DNA of 64,000 nucleotides from Auanema rhodensis (Eukaryota > Animalia > Nematoda): the NCBI GenBank assembly GCA_964057225.1, contig OZ059900.1, positions 22,134,001-22,198,000 on the forward strand. Reading direction: 5' to 3'. Under the pieces are notes generated by a model. It made no database searches. It saw nothing but the letters and a program-made list of their open reading frames with translations, and was not told the origin of the DNA. Position numbers and translations under genes: made by a program. Positions 40,994 to 55,064 of the stretch are shown here, in pieces. Position 1 is the first letter of the stretch. Each line of letters opens with the position of its first letter.

Positions 40994-43900
40994 TATTTCT
41001 CATGAGAAATACTGTGTTTTTGTATTTTTCTAGTGTTCAGCATGTAAAATGCTTCATTTTAGTATGTAACACGATGAAATTCGTTGCATTTGACGACTCA
41101 TATGAACAAAAATCGATTCAATCAATATTAGCCGTAAGGGGCGTGCCCTCAGAATATGCTAATTTCCTTAATTTTCTGACCCCTGTTTTTTTGTCGTGAA
41201 AGTGGAACTAGACGTTGTACGAACAATTTTGAGCTAGGTTTCATTGACATTGCATGAGTTTGAACACATGAAATCGTAAGTCAAAACCTTGTTTACAGCG
41301 AAATTTCCAAAAACTGGTTTTCCAGCATAATAAAATATTTCTCATGGGAAATACTGTGTTTTTGTATTTTTCTAGTGTTCAGCATGTAAAATGCTTCATT
41401 TTAGTATGTAACACGCTGAAATTAGTTGCATTTGACGACTCATATGAACAAAAATCGATTTAATCAATATTAGCCATAAGGGGCGTGCCCTCAGAATATG
41501 CTAATTTCCTTAATTTTCTAACCCCTGTTTTTTTGTCGTGAAAGTGGAACTAGACGTTGTACGAACAATTTTGAGCTAGGTTTCATTGACATTGCATGAG
41601 TTTGAACACATGAAATCGTAAGTCAAAACCTTGTTTACAGCGAAATTTCCAAAAACTGGTTTTCCAGCATAATAAAATATTTCTCATGGGAAATACTGTG
41701 TTTTTGTATTTTTCTAGTGTTCAGCATGTAAAATGCTTCATTTTAGTATGTAACACGCTGAAATTCGTTGCATTTGACGACTCATATGAACAAAAATCGA
41801 TTTAATCAATATTAGCCATAAGGGGCGTGCCCTGAGAATATGCTAATTTCCTTAATTTTCTAACCCCTGTTTTTTTGTCGTGAAAGTGGAACTAGACGTT
41901 GTACGAACAATTTTGAGCTAGGTTTCATTGACATTGCATGAGTTTGAACACATGAAATCGTAAGTCAAAACCTTGTTTACAGCGAAATTTCCAAAAACTG
42001 GTTTTCCAGCATAATAAAATATTTCTCATGAGAAATACTGTGTTTTTGTATTTTTCTAGTGTTCAGCATGTAAAATGCTTCATTTTAGTATGTAACACGA
42101 TGAAATTCGTTGCATTTGACGACTCATATGAACAAAAATCGATTCAATCAATATTAGCCGTAAGGGGCGTGCCCTCAGAATATGCTAATTTCATTAATTT
42201 TCTAACCCCTGTTTTTTTGTCGTGAAAGTGGAACTAGACGTTGTAGGAACAATTTTGAGCTAGGTTTCATTGACATTGCATGAGTTTGAACACATGAAAT
42301 CGTAAGTCAAAACCTTGTTTACAGCGAAATTTCCAAAAACTGGTTTTCCAGCATAATAAAATATTTCTCATGGGAAATACTGTGTTTTTGTATTTTTCTA
42401 GTGTTCAGCATGTAAAATGCTTCATTTTAGTATGTAACACGCTGAAATTCGTTGCATTTGACGACTCATATGAACAAAAATCGATTTAATCAATATTAGC
42501 CATAAGGGGCGTGCCCTCAGAATATGCTAATTTCCTTAATTTTCTAACCCCTGTTTTTTTGTCGTGAAAGTGGAACTAGACGTTGTAGGAACAATTTTGA
42601 GCTAGGTTTCATTGACATTGCATGAGTTTGAACACATGAAATCGTAAGTCAAAACCTTGTTTACAGCGAAATTTCCAAAAACTGGTTTTCCAGCATAATA
42701 AAATATTTCTCATGGGAAATACTGTGTTTTTGTATTTTTATAGTGTTCAGCATGTAAAATGCTTCATTTTAGTATGTAACACGCTGAAATTCGTTGCATT
42801 TGACGACTCATATGAACAAAAATCGATTTAATCAATATTAGCCATAAGGGGCGTGCCCTCAGAATATGCTAATTTCCTTAATTTTCTAACCCCTGTTTTT
42901 TTGTCGTGAAAGTGGAACTAGACGTTGTAGGAACAATTTTGAGCTAGGTTTCATTGACATTGCATGAGTTTGAACACATGAAATCGTAAGTCAAAACCTT
43001 GTTTACAGCGAAATTTCCAAAAACTGGTTTTCCAGCATAATAAAATATTTCTCATGGGAAATACTGTGTTTTTGTATTCTTCTAGTGTTCAGCATGTAAA
43101 ATGCTTCATTTTAGTATGTAACACGCTGAAATTCGTTGCATTTGACGACTCATATGAACAAAAATCGATTTAATCAATATTAGCCATAAGGGGCGTGCCC
43201 TCAGAATATGCTAATTTCCTTAATTTTCTAACCCCTGTTTTTTTGTCGTGAAAGTGGAACTAGACGTTGTACGAACAATTTTGAGCTAGGTTTCATTGAC
43301 ATTGCATGAGTTTGAACACATGAAATCGTAAGTCAAAACCTTGTTTACAGCGAAATTTCCAAAAACTGGTTTTCCAGCATAATAAAATATTTCTCATGGG
43401 AAATACTGTGTTTTTGTATTTTTCTAGTGTTCAGCATGTAAAATGCTTCATTTTAGTATGTAACACGCTGAAATTCGTTGCATTTGACTACTCATATGAA
43501 CAAAAATCGATTTAATCAATATTAGCCATAAGGGGCGTGCCCTCAGAATATGCTAATTTCCTTAATTTTCTAACCCCTGTTTTTTTGTCGTGAAAGTGGA
43601 ACTAGACGTTGTACAAACAATTTTGAGCTAGGTTTCATTGACATTGCATGAGTTTGAACACATGAAATCGTAAGTCAAAACCTTGTTTACAGCGAAATTT
43701 CCAAAAACTGGTTTTCCAGCATAATAAAATATTTCTCATGAGAAATACTGTGTTTTTGTATTTTTCTAGTGTTCAGCATGTAAAATGCTTCATTTTAGTA
43801 TGTAACACGATGAAATTCGTTGCATTTGACGACTCATATGAACAAAAATCGATTTAATCAATATTAGCCGTAAGGGGCGTGCCCTCAGAATATGCTAATT

Positions 43901-46900
43901 TCATTAATTTTCTAACCCCTGTTTTTTTGTCGTGAAAGTGGAACTAGACGTTGTAGGAACAATTTTGAGCTAGGTTTCATTGACATTGCATGAGTTTGAA
44001 CACATGAAATCGTAAGTCAAAACCTTGTTTACAGCGAAATTTCCAAAAACTGGTTTTCCAGCATAATAAAATATTTCTCATGGGAAATACTGTGTTTTTG
44101 TATTTTTCTAGTGTTCAGCATGTAAAATGCTTCATTTTAGTATGTAACACGCTGAAATTCGTTGCATTTGACGACTCATATGAACAAAAATCGATTTAAT
44201 CAATATTAGCCATAAGGGGCGTGCCCTCAGAATATGCTAATTTCCTTAATTTTCTAACCCCTGTTTTTTTGTCGTGAAAGTGGAACTAGACGTTGTAGGA
44301 ACAATTTTGAGCTAGGTTTCATTGACATTGCATGAGTTTGAACACATGAAATCGTAAGTCAAAACCTTGTTTACAGCGAAATTTCCAAAAACTGGTTTTC
44401 CAGCATAATAAAATATTTCTCATGGGAAATACTGTGTTTTTGTATTTTTATAGTGTTCAGCATGTAAAATGCTTCATTTTAGTATGTAACACGCTGAAAT
44501 TCGTTGCTTTTGACGACTCATATGAACAAAAATCGATTTAATCAATATTAGCCATAAGGGGCGTGCCCTCAGAATATGCTAATTTCCTTAATTTTCTAAC
44601 CCCGGTTTTTTTGTCGTGAAAGTGGAATTAGACGTTGTAGGAACAATTTTGAGCTAGGTTTCATTGACATTGCATGAGTTTGAACACATGAAATCGTAAG
44701 TCAAAACCTTGTTTACAGCGAAATTTCCAAAAACTGGTTTTCCAGCATAATAAAATATTTCTCATGGGAAATACTGTGTTTTTGTATTTTTCTAGTGTTC
44801 AGCATGTAAAATGCTTCATTTTAGTATGTAACACGCTGAAATTCGTTGCATTTGACGACTCATATGAACAAAAATCGATTTAATCAATATTAGCCATAAG
44901 GGGCGTGCCCTCAGAATATGCTAATTTCCTTAATTTTCTAACCCCTGTTTTTTTGTCGTGAAAGTGGAACTAGACGTTGTAGGAACAATTTTGAGCTAGG
45001 TTTCATTGACATTGCATGAGTTTGAACACATGAAATCGTAAGTCAAAACCTTGTTTACAGCGAAATTTCCAAAAACTGGTTTTCCAGCATAATAAAATAT
45101 TTCTCATGGGAAATACTGTGTTTTTGTATTTTTATAGTGTTCAGCATGTAAAATGCTTCATTTTAGTATGTAACACGCTGAAATTCGTTGCTTTTGACGA
45201 CTCATATGAACAAAAATCGATTTAATCAATATTAGCCATAAGGGGCGTGCCCTCAGAATATGCTAATTTCCTTAATTTTCTAACCCCGGTTTTTTTGTCG
45301 TGAAAGTGGAATTAGACGTTGTAGGAACAATTTTGAGCTAGGTTTCATTGACATTGCATGAGTTTGAACACATGAAATCGTAAGTCAAAACCTTGTTTAC
45401 AGCGAAATTTCCAAAAACTGGTTTTCCAGCATAATAAAATATTTCTCATGGGAAATACTGTGTTTTTGTATTTTTCTAGTGTTCAGCATGTAAAATGCTT
45501 CATTTTAGTATGTAACACGCTGAAATTCGTTGCATTTGACGACTCATATGAACAAAAATCGATTTAATCAATATTAGCCATAAGGGGCGTGCCCTCAGAA
45601 TATGCTAATTTCATTAATTTTCTAACCCCTGTTTTTTTGTCGTGAAAGTGGAACTAGACGTTGTACAAACAATTTTGAGCTAGGTTTCATTGACATTGCA
45701 TGAGTTTGAACACATGGAATCGTAAGTCAAAACCTTGTTTACAGCGAAATTTCCAAAAACTGGTTTTCCAGCATAATAAAATATTTCTCATGGGAAATAC
45801 TGTGTTTTTGTATTTTTCTAGTGTTCAGCATGTAAAATACTTCATTTTAGTATGTAACACGCTGAAATTCGTTGCATTTGACGACTCATATGAACAAAAA
45901 TCGATTTAATCAATATTAGCCATAAGGGGCGTGCCCTCAGAATATGCTAATTTCCTTAATTTTCTAACCCCTGTTTTTTTGTCGTGAAAGTGGAACTAGA
46001 CGTTGTACAAACAATTTTGAGCTAGGTTTCATTGACATTGCATGAGTTTGAACACATGAAATCGTAAGTCAAAACCTTGTTTACAGCGAAATTTCCAAAA
46101 ACTGGTTTTCCAGCATAATAAAATATTTCTCATGGGAAATACTGTGTTTTTGTATTTTTCTAGTGTTCAGCATGTAAAATGCTTCATTTTAGTATGTAAC
46201 ACGCTGAAATTCGTTGCATTTGACTACTCATATGAACAAAAATCGATTTAATCAATATTAGCCATAAGGGGCGTGCCCTCAGAATATGCTAATTTCCTTA
46301 ATTTTCTAACCCCTGTTTTTTTGTCGTGAAAGTGGAACTAGACGTTGTACAAACAATTTTGAGCTAGGTTTCATTGACATTGCATGAGTTTGAACACATG
46401 AAATCGTAAGTCAAAACCTTGTTTACAGCGAAATTTCCAAAAACTGGTTTTCCAGCATAATAAAATATTTCTCATGAGAAATACTGTGTTTTTGTATTTT
46501 TCTAGTGTTCAGCATGTAAAATGCTTCATTTTAGTATGTAACACGATGAAATTCGTTGCATTTGACGACTCATATGAACAAAAATCGATTTAATCAATAT
46601 TAGCCGTAAGGGGCGTGCCCTCAGAATATGCTAATTTCATTAATTTTCTAACCCCTGTTTTTTTGTCGTGAAAGTGGAACTAGACGTTGTAGGAACAATT
46701 TTGAGCTAGGTTTCATTGACATTGCATGAGTTTGAACACATGAAATCGTAAGTCAAAACCTTGTTTACAGCGAAATTTCCAAAAACTGGTTTTCCAGCAT
46801 AATAAAATATTTCTCATGGGAAATACTGTGTTTTTGTATTTTTCTAGTGTTCAGCATGTAAAATGCTTCATTTTAGTATGTAACACGCTGAAATTCGTTG

Positions 46901-49250
46901 CATTTGACGACTCATATGAACAAAAATCGATTTAATCAATATTAGCCATAAGGGGCGTGCCCTCAGAATATGCTAATTTCCTTAATTTTCTAACCCCTGT
47001 TTTTTTGTCGTGAAAGTGGAACTAGACGTTGTAGGAACAATTTTGAGCTAGGTTTCATTGACATTGCATGAGTTTGAACACATGAAATCGTAAGTCAAAA
47101 CCTTGTTTACAGCGAAATTTCCAAAAACTGGTTTTCCAGCATAATAAAATATTTCTCATGGGAAATACTGTGTTTTTGTATTTTTATAGTGTTCAGCATG
47201 TAAAATGCTTCATTTTAGTATGTAACACGCTGAAATTCGTTGCATTTGACGACTCATATGAACAAAAATCGATTTAATCAATATTAGCCATAAGGGGCGT
47301 GCCCTCAGAATATGCTAATTTCCTTAATTTTCTAACCCCGGTTTTTTTGTCGTGAAAGTGGAATTAGACGTTGTAGGAACAATTTTGAGCTAGGTTTCAT
47401 TGACATTGCATGAGTTTGAACACATGAAATCGTAAGTCAAAACCTTGTTTACAGCGAAATTTCCAAAAACTGGTTTTCCAGCATAATAAAATATTTCTCA
47501 TGGGAAATACTGTGTTTTTGTATTTTTCTAGTGTTCAGCATGTAAAATGCTTCATTTTAGTATGTAACACGCTGAAATTCGTTGCATTTGACTACTCATA
47601 TGAACAAAAATCGATTTAATCAATATTAGCCATAAGGGGCGTGCCCTCAGAATATGCTAATTTCCTTAATTTTCTAACCCCTGTTTTTTTGTCGTGAAAG
47701 TGGAACTAGACGTTGTACAAACAATTTTGAGCTAGGTTTCATTGACATTGCATGAGTTTGAACACATGAAATCGTAAGTCAAAACCTTGTTTACAGCGAA
47801 ATTTCCAAAAACTGGTTTTCCAGCATAATAAAATATTTCTCATGAGAAATACTGTGTTTTTGTATTTTTCTAGTGTTCAGCATGTAAAATGCTTCATTTT
47901 AGTATGTAACACGCTGAAATTCGTTGCATTTGACGACTCATATGAACAAAAATCGATTTAATCAATATTAGCCATAAGGGGCGTGCCCTCAGAATATGCT
48001 AATTTCCTTAATTTTCTAACCCCTGTTTTTTTGTCGTGAAAGTGGAACTAGACGTTGTAGGAACAATTTTGAGCTAGGTTTCATTGACATTGCATGAGTT
48101 TGAACACATGAAATCGTAAGTCAAAACCTTGTTTACAGCGAAATTTCCAAAAACTGGTTTTCCAGCATAATAAAATATTTCTCATGAGAAATACTGTGTT
48201 TTTGTATTTTTCTAGTGTTCAGCATGTAAAATGCTTCATTTTAGTATGTAACACGATGAAATTCGTTGCATTTGACGACTCATATGAACAAAAATCGATT
48301 TAATCAATATTAGCCATAAGGGGCGTGCCCTCAGAATATGCTAATTTCATTAATTTTCTAACCCCTGTTTTTTTGTCGTGAAAGTGGAACTAGACGTTGT
48401 ACAAACAATTTTGAGCTAGGTTTCATTGACATTGCATGAGTTTGAACACATGGAATCGTAAGTCAAAACCTTGTTTACAGCGAAATTTCCAAAAACTGGT
48501 TTTCCAGCATAATAAAATATTTCTCATGGGAAATACTGTGTTTTTGTATTTTTCTAGTGTTCAGCATGTAAAATACTTCATTTTAGTATGTAACACGCTG
48601 AAATTCGTTGCATTTGACGACTCATATGAACAAAAATCGATTTAATCAATATTAGCCATAAGGGGCGTGCCCTCAGAATATGCTAATTTCATTAATTTTC
48701 TAACCCCTGTTTTTTTGTCGTGAAAGTGGAACTAGACGTTGTACAAACAATTTTGAGCTAGGTTTCATTGACATTGCATGAGTTTGAACACATGGAATCG
48801 TAAGTCAAAACCTTGTTTACAGCGAAATTTCCAAAAACTGGTTTTCCAGCATAATAAAATATTTCTCATGGGAAATACTGTGTTTTTGTATTTTTCTAGT
48901 GTTCAGCATGTAAAATACTTCATTTTAGTATGTAACACGCTGAAATTCGTTGCATTTGACGACTCATATGAACAAAAATCGATTTAATCAATATTAGCCA
49001 TAAGGGGCGTGCCCTCAGAATATGCTAATTTCCTTAATTTTCTAACCCCTGTTTTTTTGTCGTGAAAGTGGAACTAGACGTTGTAGGAACAATTTTGAGC
49101 TAGGTTTCATTGACATTGCATGAGTTTGAACACATGAAATCGTAAGTCAAAACCTTGTTTACAGCGAAATTTCCAAAAACTGGTTTTCCAGCATAATAAA
49201 ATATTTCTCATGGGAAATACTGTGTTTTTGTATTTTTCTAGTGTTCAGCA

Positions 49251-52200
49251 TGTAAAATGCTTCATTTTAGTATGTAACACGCTGAAATTCGTTGCATTTG
49301 ACTACTCATATGAACAAAAATCGATTTAATCAATATTAGCCATAAGGGGCGTGCCCTCAGAATATGCTAATTTCCTTAATTTTCTAACCCCTGTTTTTTT
49401 GTCGTGAAAGTGGAACTAGACGTTGTACAAACAATTTTGAGCTAGGTTTCATTGACATTGCATGAGTTTGAACACATGAAATCGTAAGTCAAAACCTTGT
49501 TTACAGCGAAATTTCCAAAAACTGGTTTTCCAGCATAATAAAATATTTCTCATGAGAAATACTGTGTTTTTGTATTTTTCTAGTGTTCAGCATGTAAAAT
49601 GCTTCATTTTAGTATGTAACACGCTGAAATTCGTTGCATTTGACGACTCATATGAACAAAAATCGATTTAATCAATATTAGCCATAAGGGGCGTGCCCTC
49701 AGAATATGCTAATTTCCTTAATTTTCTAACCCCTGTTTTTTTGTCGTGAAAGTGGAACTAGACGTTGTAGGAACAATTTTGAGCTAGGTTTCATTGACAT
49801 TGCATGAGTTTGAACACATGAAATCGTAAGTCAAAACCTTGTTTACAGCGAAATTTCCAAAAACTGGTTTTCCAGCATAATAAAATATTTCTCATGAGAA
49901 ATACTGTGTTTTTGTATTTTTCTAGTGTTCAGCATGTAAAATGCTTCATTTTAGTATGTAACACGATGAAATTCGTTGCATTTGACGACTCATATGAACA
50001 AAAATCGATTTAATCAATATTAGCCATAAGGGGCGTGCCCTCAGAATATGCTAATTTCATTAATTTTCTAACCCCTGTTTTTTTGTCGTGAAAGTGGAAC
50101 TAGACGTTGTACAAACAATTTTGAGCTAGGTTTCATTGACATTGCATGAGTTTGAACACATGGAATCGTAAGTCAAAACCTTGTTTACAGCGAAATTTCC
50201 AAAAACTGGTTTTCCAGCATAATAAAATATTTCTCATGGGAAATACTGTGTTTTTGTATTTTTCTAGTGTTCAGCATGTAAAATACTTCATTTTAGTATG
50301 TAACACGCTGAAATTCGTTGCATTTGACGACTCATATGAACAAAAATCGATTTAATCAATATTAGCCATAAGGGGCGTGCCCTCAGAATATGCTAATTTC
50401 CTTAATTTTCTAACCCCTGTTTTTTTGTCGTGAAAGTGGAACTAGACGTTGTACGAACAATTTTGAGCTAGGTTTCATTGACATTGCATGAGTTTGAACA
50501 CATGAAATCGTAAGTCAAAACCTTGTTTACAGCGAAAATTCCAAAAACTGGTTTTCCAGCATAATAAAATATTTCTCATGGGAAATACTGTGTTTTTGTA
50601 TTTTTCTAGTGTTCAGCATGTAAAATACTTCATTTTAGTATGTAACACGCTGAAATTCGTTGCATTTGACGACTCATATGAACAAAAATCGATTTAATCA
50701 ATATTAGCCATAAGGGGCGTGCCCTCAGAATATGCTAATTTCCTAAATTTTCTAACCCCTGTTTTTTTGTCGTGAAAGTGGAACTAGACGTTGTACAAAC
50801 AATTTTGAGCTAGGTTTCATTGACATTGCATGAGTTTGAACACATGAAATCGTAAGTCAAAACCTTGTTTACAGCGAAATTTCCAAAAACTGGTTTTCCA
50901 GCATAATAAAATATTTCTCATGAGAAATACTGTGTTTTTGTATTTTTCTAGTGTTCAGCATGTAAAATGCTTCATTTTAGTATGTAACACGATGAAATTC
51001 GTTGCATTTGACGACTCATATGAACAAAAATCGATTTAATCAATATTAGCCATAAGGGGCGTGCCCTCAGAATATGCTAATTTCATTAATTTTCTAACCC
51101 CTGTTTTTTTGTCGTGAAAGTGGAACTAGACGTTGTAGGAACAATTTTGAGCTAGGTTTCATTGACATTGCATGAGTTTGAACACATGAAATCGTAAGTC
51201 AAAACCTTGTTTACAGCGAAATTTCCAAAAACTGGTTTTCCAGCATAATAAAATATTTCTCATGGGAAATACTGTGTTTTTGTATTTTTCTAGTGTTCAG
51301 CATGTAAAATGCTTCATTTTAGTATGTAACACGCTGAAATTCGTTGCATTTGACAACTCATATGAACAAAAAACCGATTTAATCAATATTAGCCATAAGG
51401 GGCGTGCCCTCAGAATATGCTAATTTCCTTAATTTTCTAACCCCTGTTTTTTGTCGTGAAAGTGGAACTAGACGTTGTACGAACAATTTTGAGCTAGGTT
51501 TCATTGACATTGCATGAGTTCGAACACATGAAATCGTAAGTCAAAACCTTGTTTACAGCGAAAATTCCAAAAACTGGTTTTCCAGCATAATAAAATATTT
51601 CTCATGGGAAATACTGTGTTTTTGTATTTTTCTAGTGTTCAGCATGTAAAATACTTCATTTTAGTATGTAACACGCTGAAATTCGTTGCATTTGACGACT
51701 CATATGAACAAAAATCGATTTAATCAATATTAGCCATAAGGGGCGTGCCCTCAGAATATGCTAATTTCCTTAATTTTCTAACCCCTGTTTTTTTGTCGTG
51801 AAAGTGGAACTAGACGTTGTACGAACAATTTTGAGCTAGGTTTCATTGACATTGCATGAGTTCGAACACATGAAATCGTAAGTCAAAACCTTGTTTACAG
51901 CGAAAATTCCAAAAACTGGTTTTCCAGCATAATTAAATATTTCTCATGGGAAATACTGTGTTTTTGTATTTTTCTAGTGTTCAGCATGTAAAATACTTCA
52001 TTTTAGTATGTAACACGCTGAAATTCGTTGCATTTGACGACTCATATGAACAAAAATCGATTTAATCAATATTAGCCATAAGGGGCGTGCCCTCAGAATA
52101 TGCTAATTTCCTAAATTTTCTAACCCCTGTTTTTTTGTCGTGAAAGTGGAACTAGACGTTGTACGAACAATTTTGAGCTAGGTTTCATTGACATTGCATG

Positions 52201-54038
52201 AGTTTGAACACATGAAATCGTAAGTCAAAACCTTGTTTACAGCGAAATTTCCAAAAACTGGTTTTCCAGCATAATAAAATATTTCTCATGGGAAATACTG
52301 TGTTTTTGTATTTTTCTAGTGTTCAGCATGTAAAATGCTTCATTTTAGTATGTAACACGCTGAAATTCGTTGCATTTGACTACTCATATGAACAAAAATC
52401 GATTTAATCAATATTAGCCATAAGGGGCGTGCCCTCAGAATATGCTAATTTCCTTAATTTTCTAACCCCTGTTTTTTTGTCGTGAAAGTGGAACTAGACG
52501 TTGTACAAACAATTTTGAGCTAGGTTTCATTGACATTGCATGAGTTTGAACACATGGAATCGTAAGTCAAAACCTTGTTTACAGCGAAATTTCCAAAAAC
52601 TGGTTTTCCAGCATAATAAAATATTTCTCATGGGAAATACTGTGTTTTTGTATTTTTCTAGTGTTCAGCATGTAAAATGCTTCATTTTAGTATGTAACAC
52701 GCTGAAATTCGTTGCATTTGACGACTCATATGAACAAAAATCGATTTAATCAATATTAGCCATAAGGGGCGTGCCCTCAGAATATGCTAATTTCCTTAAT
52801 TTTCTAACCCCTGTTTTTTTGTCGTGAAAGTGGAACTAGACGTTGTACGAACAATTTTGAGCTAGGTTTCATTGACATTGCATGAGTTTGAACACATGAA
52901 ATCGTAAGTCAAAACCTTGTTTACAGCGAAAATTCCAAAAACTGGTTTTCCAGCATAATAAAATATTTCTCATGGGAAATACTGTGTTTTTGTATTTTTC
53001 TAGTGTTCAGCATGTAAAATGCTTCATTTTAGTATGTAACACGCTGAAATTCGTTGCATTTGACTACTCATATGAACAAAAATCGATTTAATCAATATTA
53101 GCCATAAGGGGCGTGCCCTCAGAATATGCTAATTTCCTTAATTTTCTAACCCCTGTTTTTTTGTCGTGAAAGTGGAACTAGACGTTGTACAAACAATTTT
53201 GAGCTAGGTTTCATTGACATTGCATGAGTTTGAACACATGAAATCGTAAGTCAAAACCTTGTTTACAGCGAAATTTCCAAAAACTGGTTTTCCAGCATAA
53301 TAAAATATTTCTCATGAGAAATACTGTGTTTTTGTATTTTTCTAGTGTTCAGCATGTAAAATGCTTCATTTTAGTATGTAACACGATGAAATTCGTTGCA
53401 TTTGACGACTCATATGAACAAAAATCGATTTAATCAATATTAGCCATAAGGGGCGTGCCCTCAGAATATGCTAATTTCATTAATTTTCTAACCCCTGTTT
53501 TTTTGTCGTGAAAGTGGAACTAGACGTTGTAGGAACAATTTTGAGCTAGGTTTCATTGACATTGCATGAGTTTGAACACATGAAATCGTAAGTCAAAACC
53601 TTGTTTACAGCGAAATTTCCAAAAACTGGTTTTCCAGCATAATAAAATATTTCTCATGGGAAATACTGTGTTTTTGTATTTTTCTAGTGTTCAGCATGTA
53701 AAATGCTTCATTTTAGTATGTAACACGCTGAAATTCGTTGCATTTGACTACTCATATGAACAAAAATCGATTTAATCAATATTAGCCATAAGGGGCGTGC
53801 CCTCAGAATATGCTAATTTCCTTAATTTTCTAACCCCTGTTTTTTTGTCGTGAAAGTGGAACTAGACGTTGTACAAACAATTTTGAGCTAGGTTTCATTG
53901 ACATTGCATGAGTTTGAACACATGGAATCGTAAGTCAAAACCTTGTTTACAGCGAAATTTCCAAAAACTGGTTTTCCAGCATAATAAAATATTTCTCATG
54001 GGAAATACTGTGTTTTTGTATTTTTCTAGTGTTCAGCA
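49251..54038. repeat. 14-monomer block, copy A (duplicated 5814 bp = 17 monomers downstream)
   Basis: The variant order matches 55065-59852. ORF starts 50146, 52540 and 53908 pair with 55960, 58354 and 59722 (all +5814). The rare indel monomer is at 51303 and again at 57117. Confidence 0.88.
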
Positions 54039-55064
54039 TGTAAAATGCTTCATTTTAGTATGTAACACGCTGAAATTCGTTGCATTTGACTACTCATATG
54101 AACAAAAATCGATTTAATCAATATTAGCCATAAGGGGCGTGCCCTCAGAATATGCTAATTTCCTTAATTTTCTAACCCCTGTTTTTTTGTCGTGAAAGTG
54201 GAACTAGACGTTGTACAAACAATTTTGAGCTAGGTTTCATTGACATTGCATGAGTTTGAACACATGGAATCGTAAGTCAAAACCTTGTTTACAGCGAAAT
54301 TTCCAAAAACTGGTTTTCCAGCATAATAAAATATTTCTCATGGGAAATACTGTGTTTTTGTATTTTTCTAGTGTTCAGCATGTAAAATACTTCATTTTAG
54401 TATGTAACACGCTGAAATTCGTTGCATTTGACGACTCATATGAACAAAAATCGATTTAATCAATATTAGCCATAAGGGGCGTGCCCTCAGAATATGCTAA
54501 TTTCCTTAATTTTCTAACCCCTGTTTTTTTGTCGTGAAAGTGGAACTAGACGTTGTACGAACAATTTTGAGCTAGGTTTCATTGACATTGCATGAGTTTG
54601 AACACATGAAATCGTAAGTCAAAACCTTGTTTACAGCGAAATTTCCAAAAACTGGTTTTCCAGCATAATAAAATATTTCTCATGGGAAATACTGTGTTTT
54701 TGTATTTTTATAGTGTTCAGCATGTAAAATGCTTCATTTTAGTATGTAACACGCTGAAATTCGTTGCATTTGACGACTCATATGAACAAAAATCGATTTA
54801 ATCAATATTAGCCATAAGGGGCGTGCCCTCAGAATATGCTAATTTCCTTAATTTTCTAACCCCGGTTTTTTTGTCGTGAAAGTGGAATTAGACGTTGTAG
54901 GAACAATTTTGAGCTAGGTTTCATTGACATTGCATGAGTTTGAACACATGAAATCGTAAGTCAAAACCTTGTTTACAGCGAAATTTCCAAAAACTGGTTT
55001 TCCAGCATAATAAAATATTTCTCATGGGAAATACTGTGTTTTTGTATTTTTCTAGTGTTCAGCA

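Noticed and set aside
41002-42225. Two 65-aa ORFs (MRNTVFLYF...)
   Set aside because: They are created by a TAA>CAA SNV in two monomers, in the same frame as the 69-aa ORFs. That frame has six stops per 114 codons in consensus, close to chance for this AT content, so there is no sign of a coding origin.
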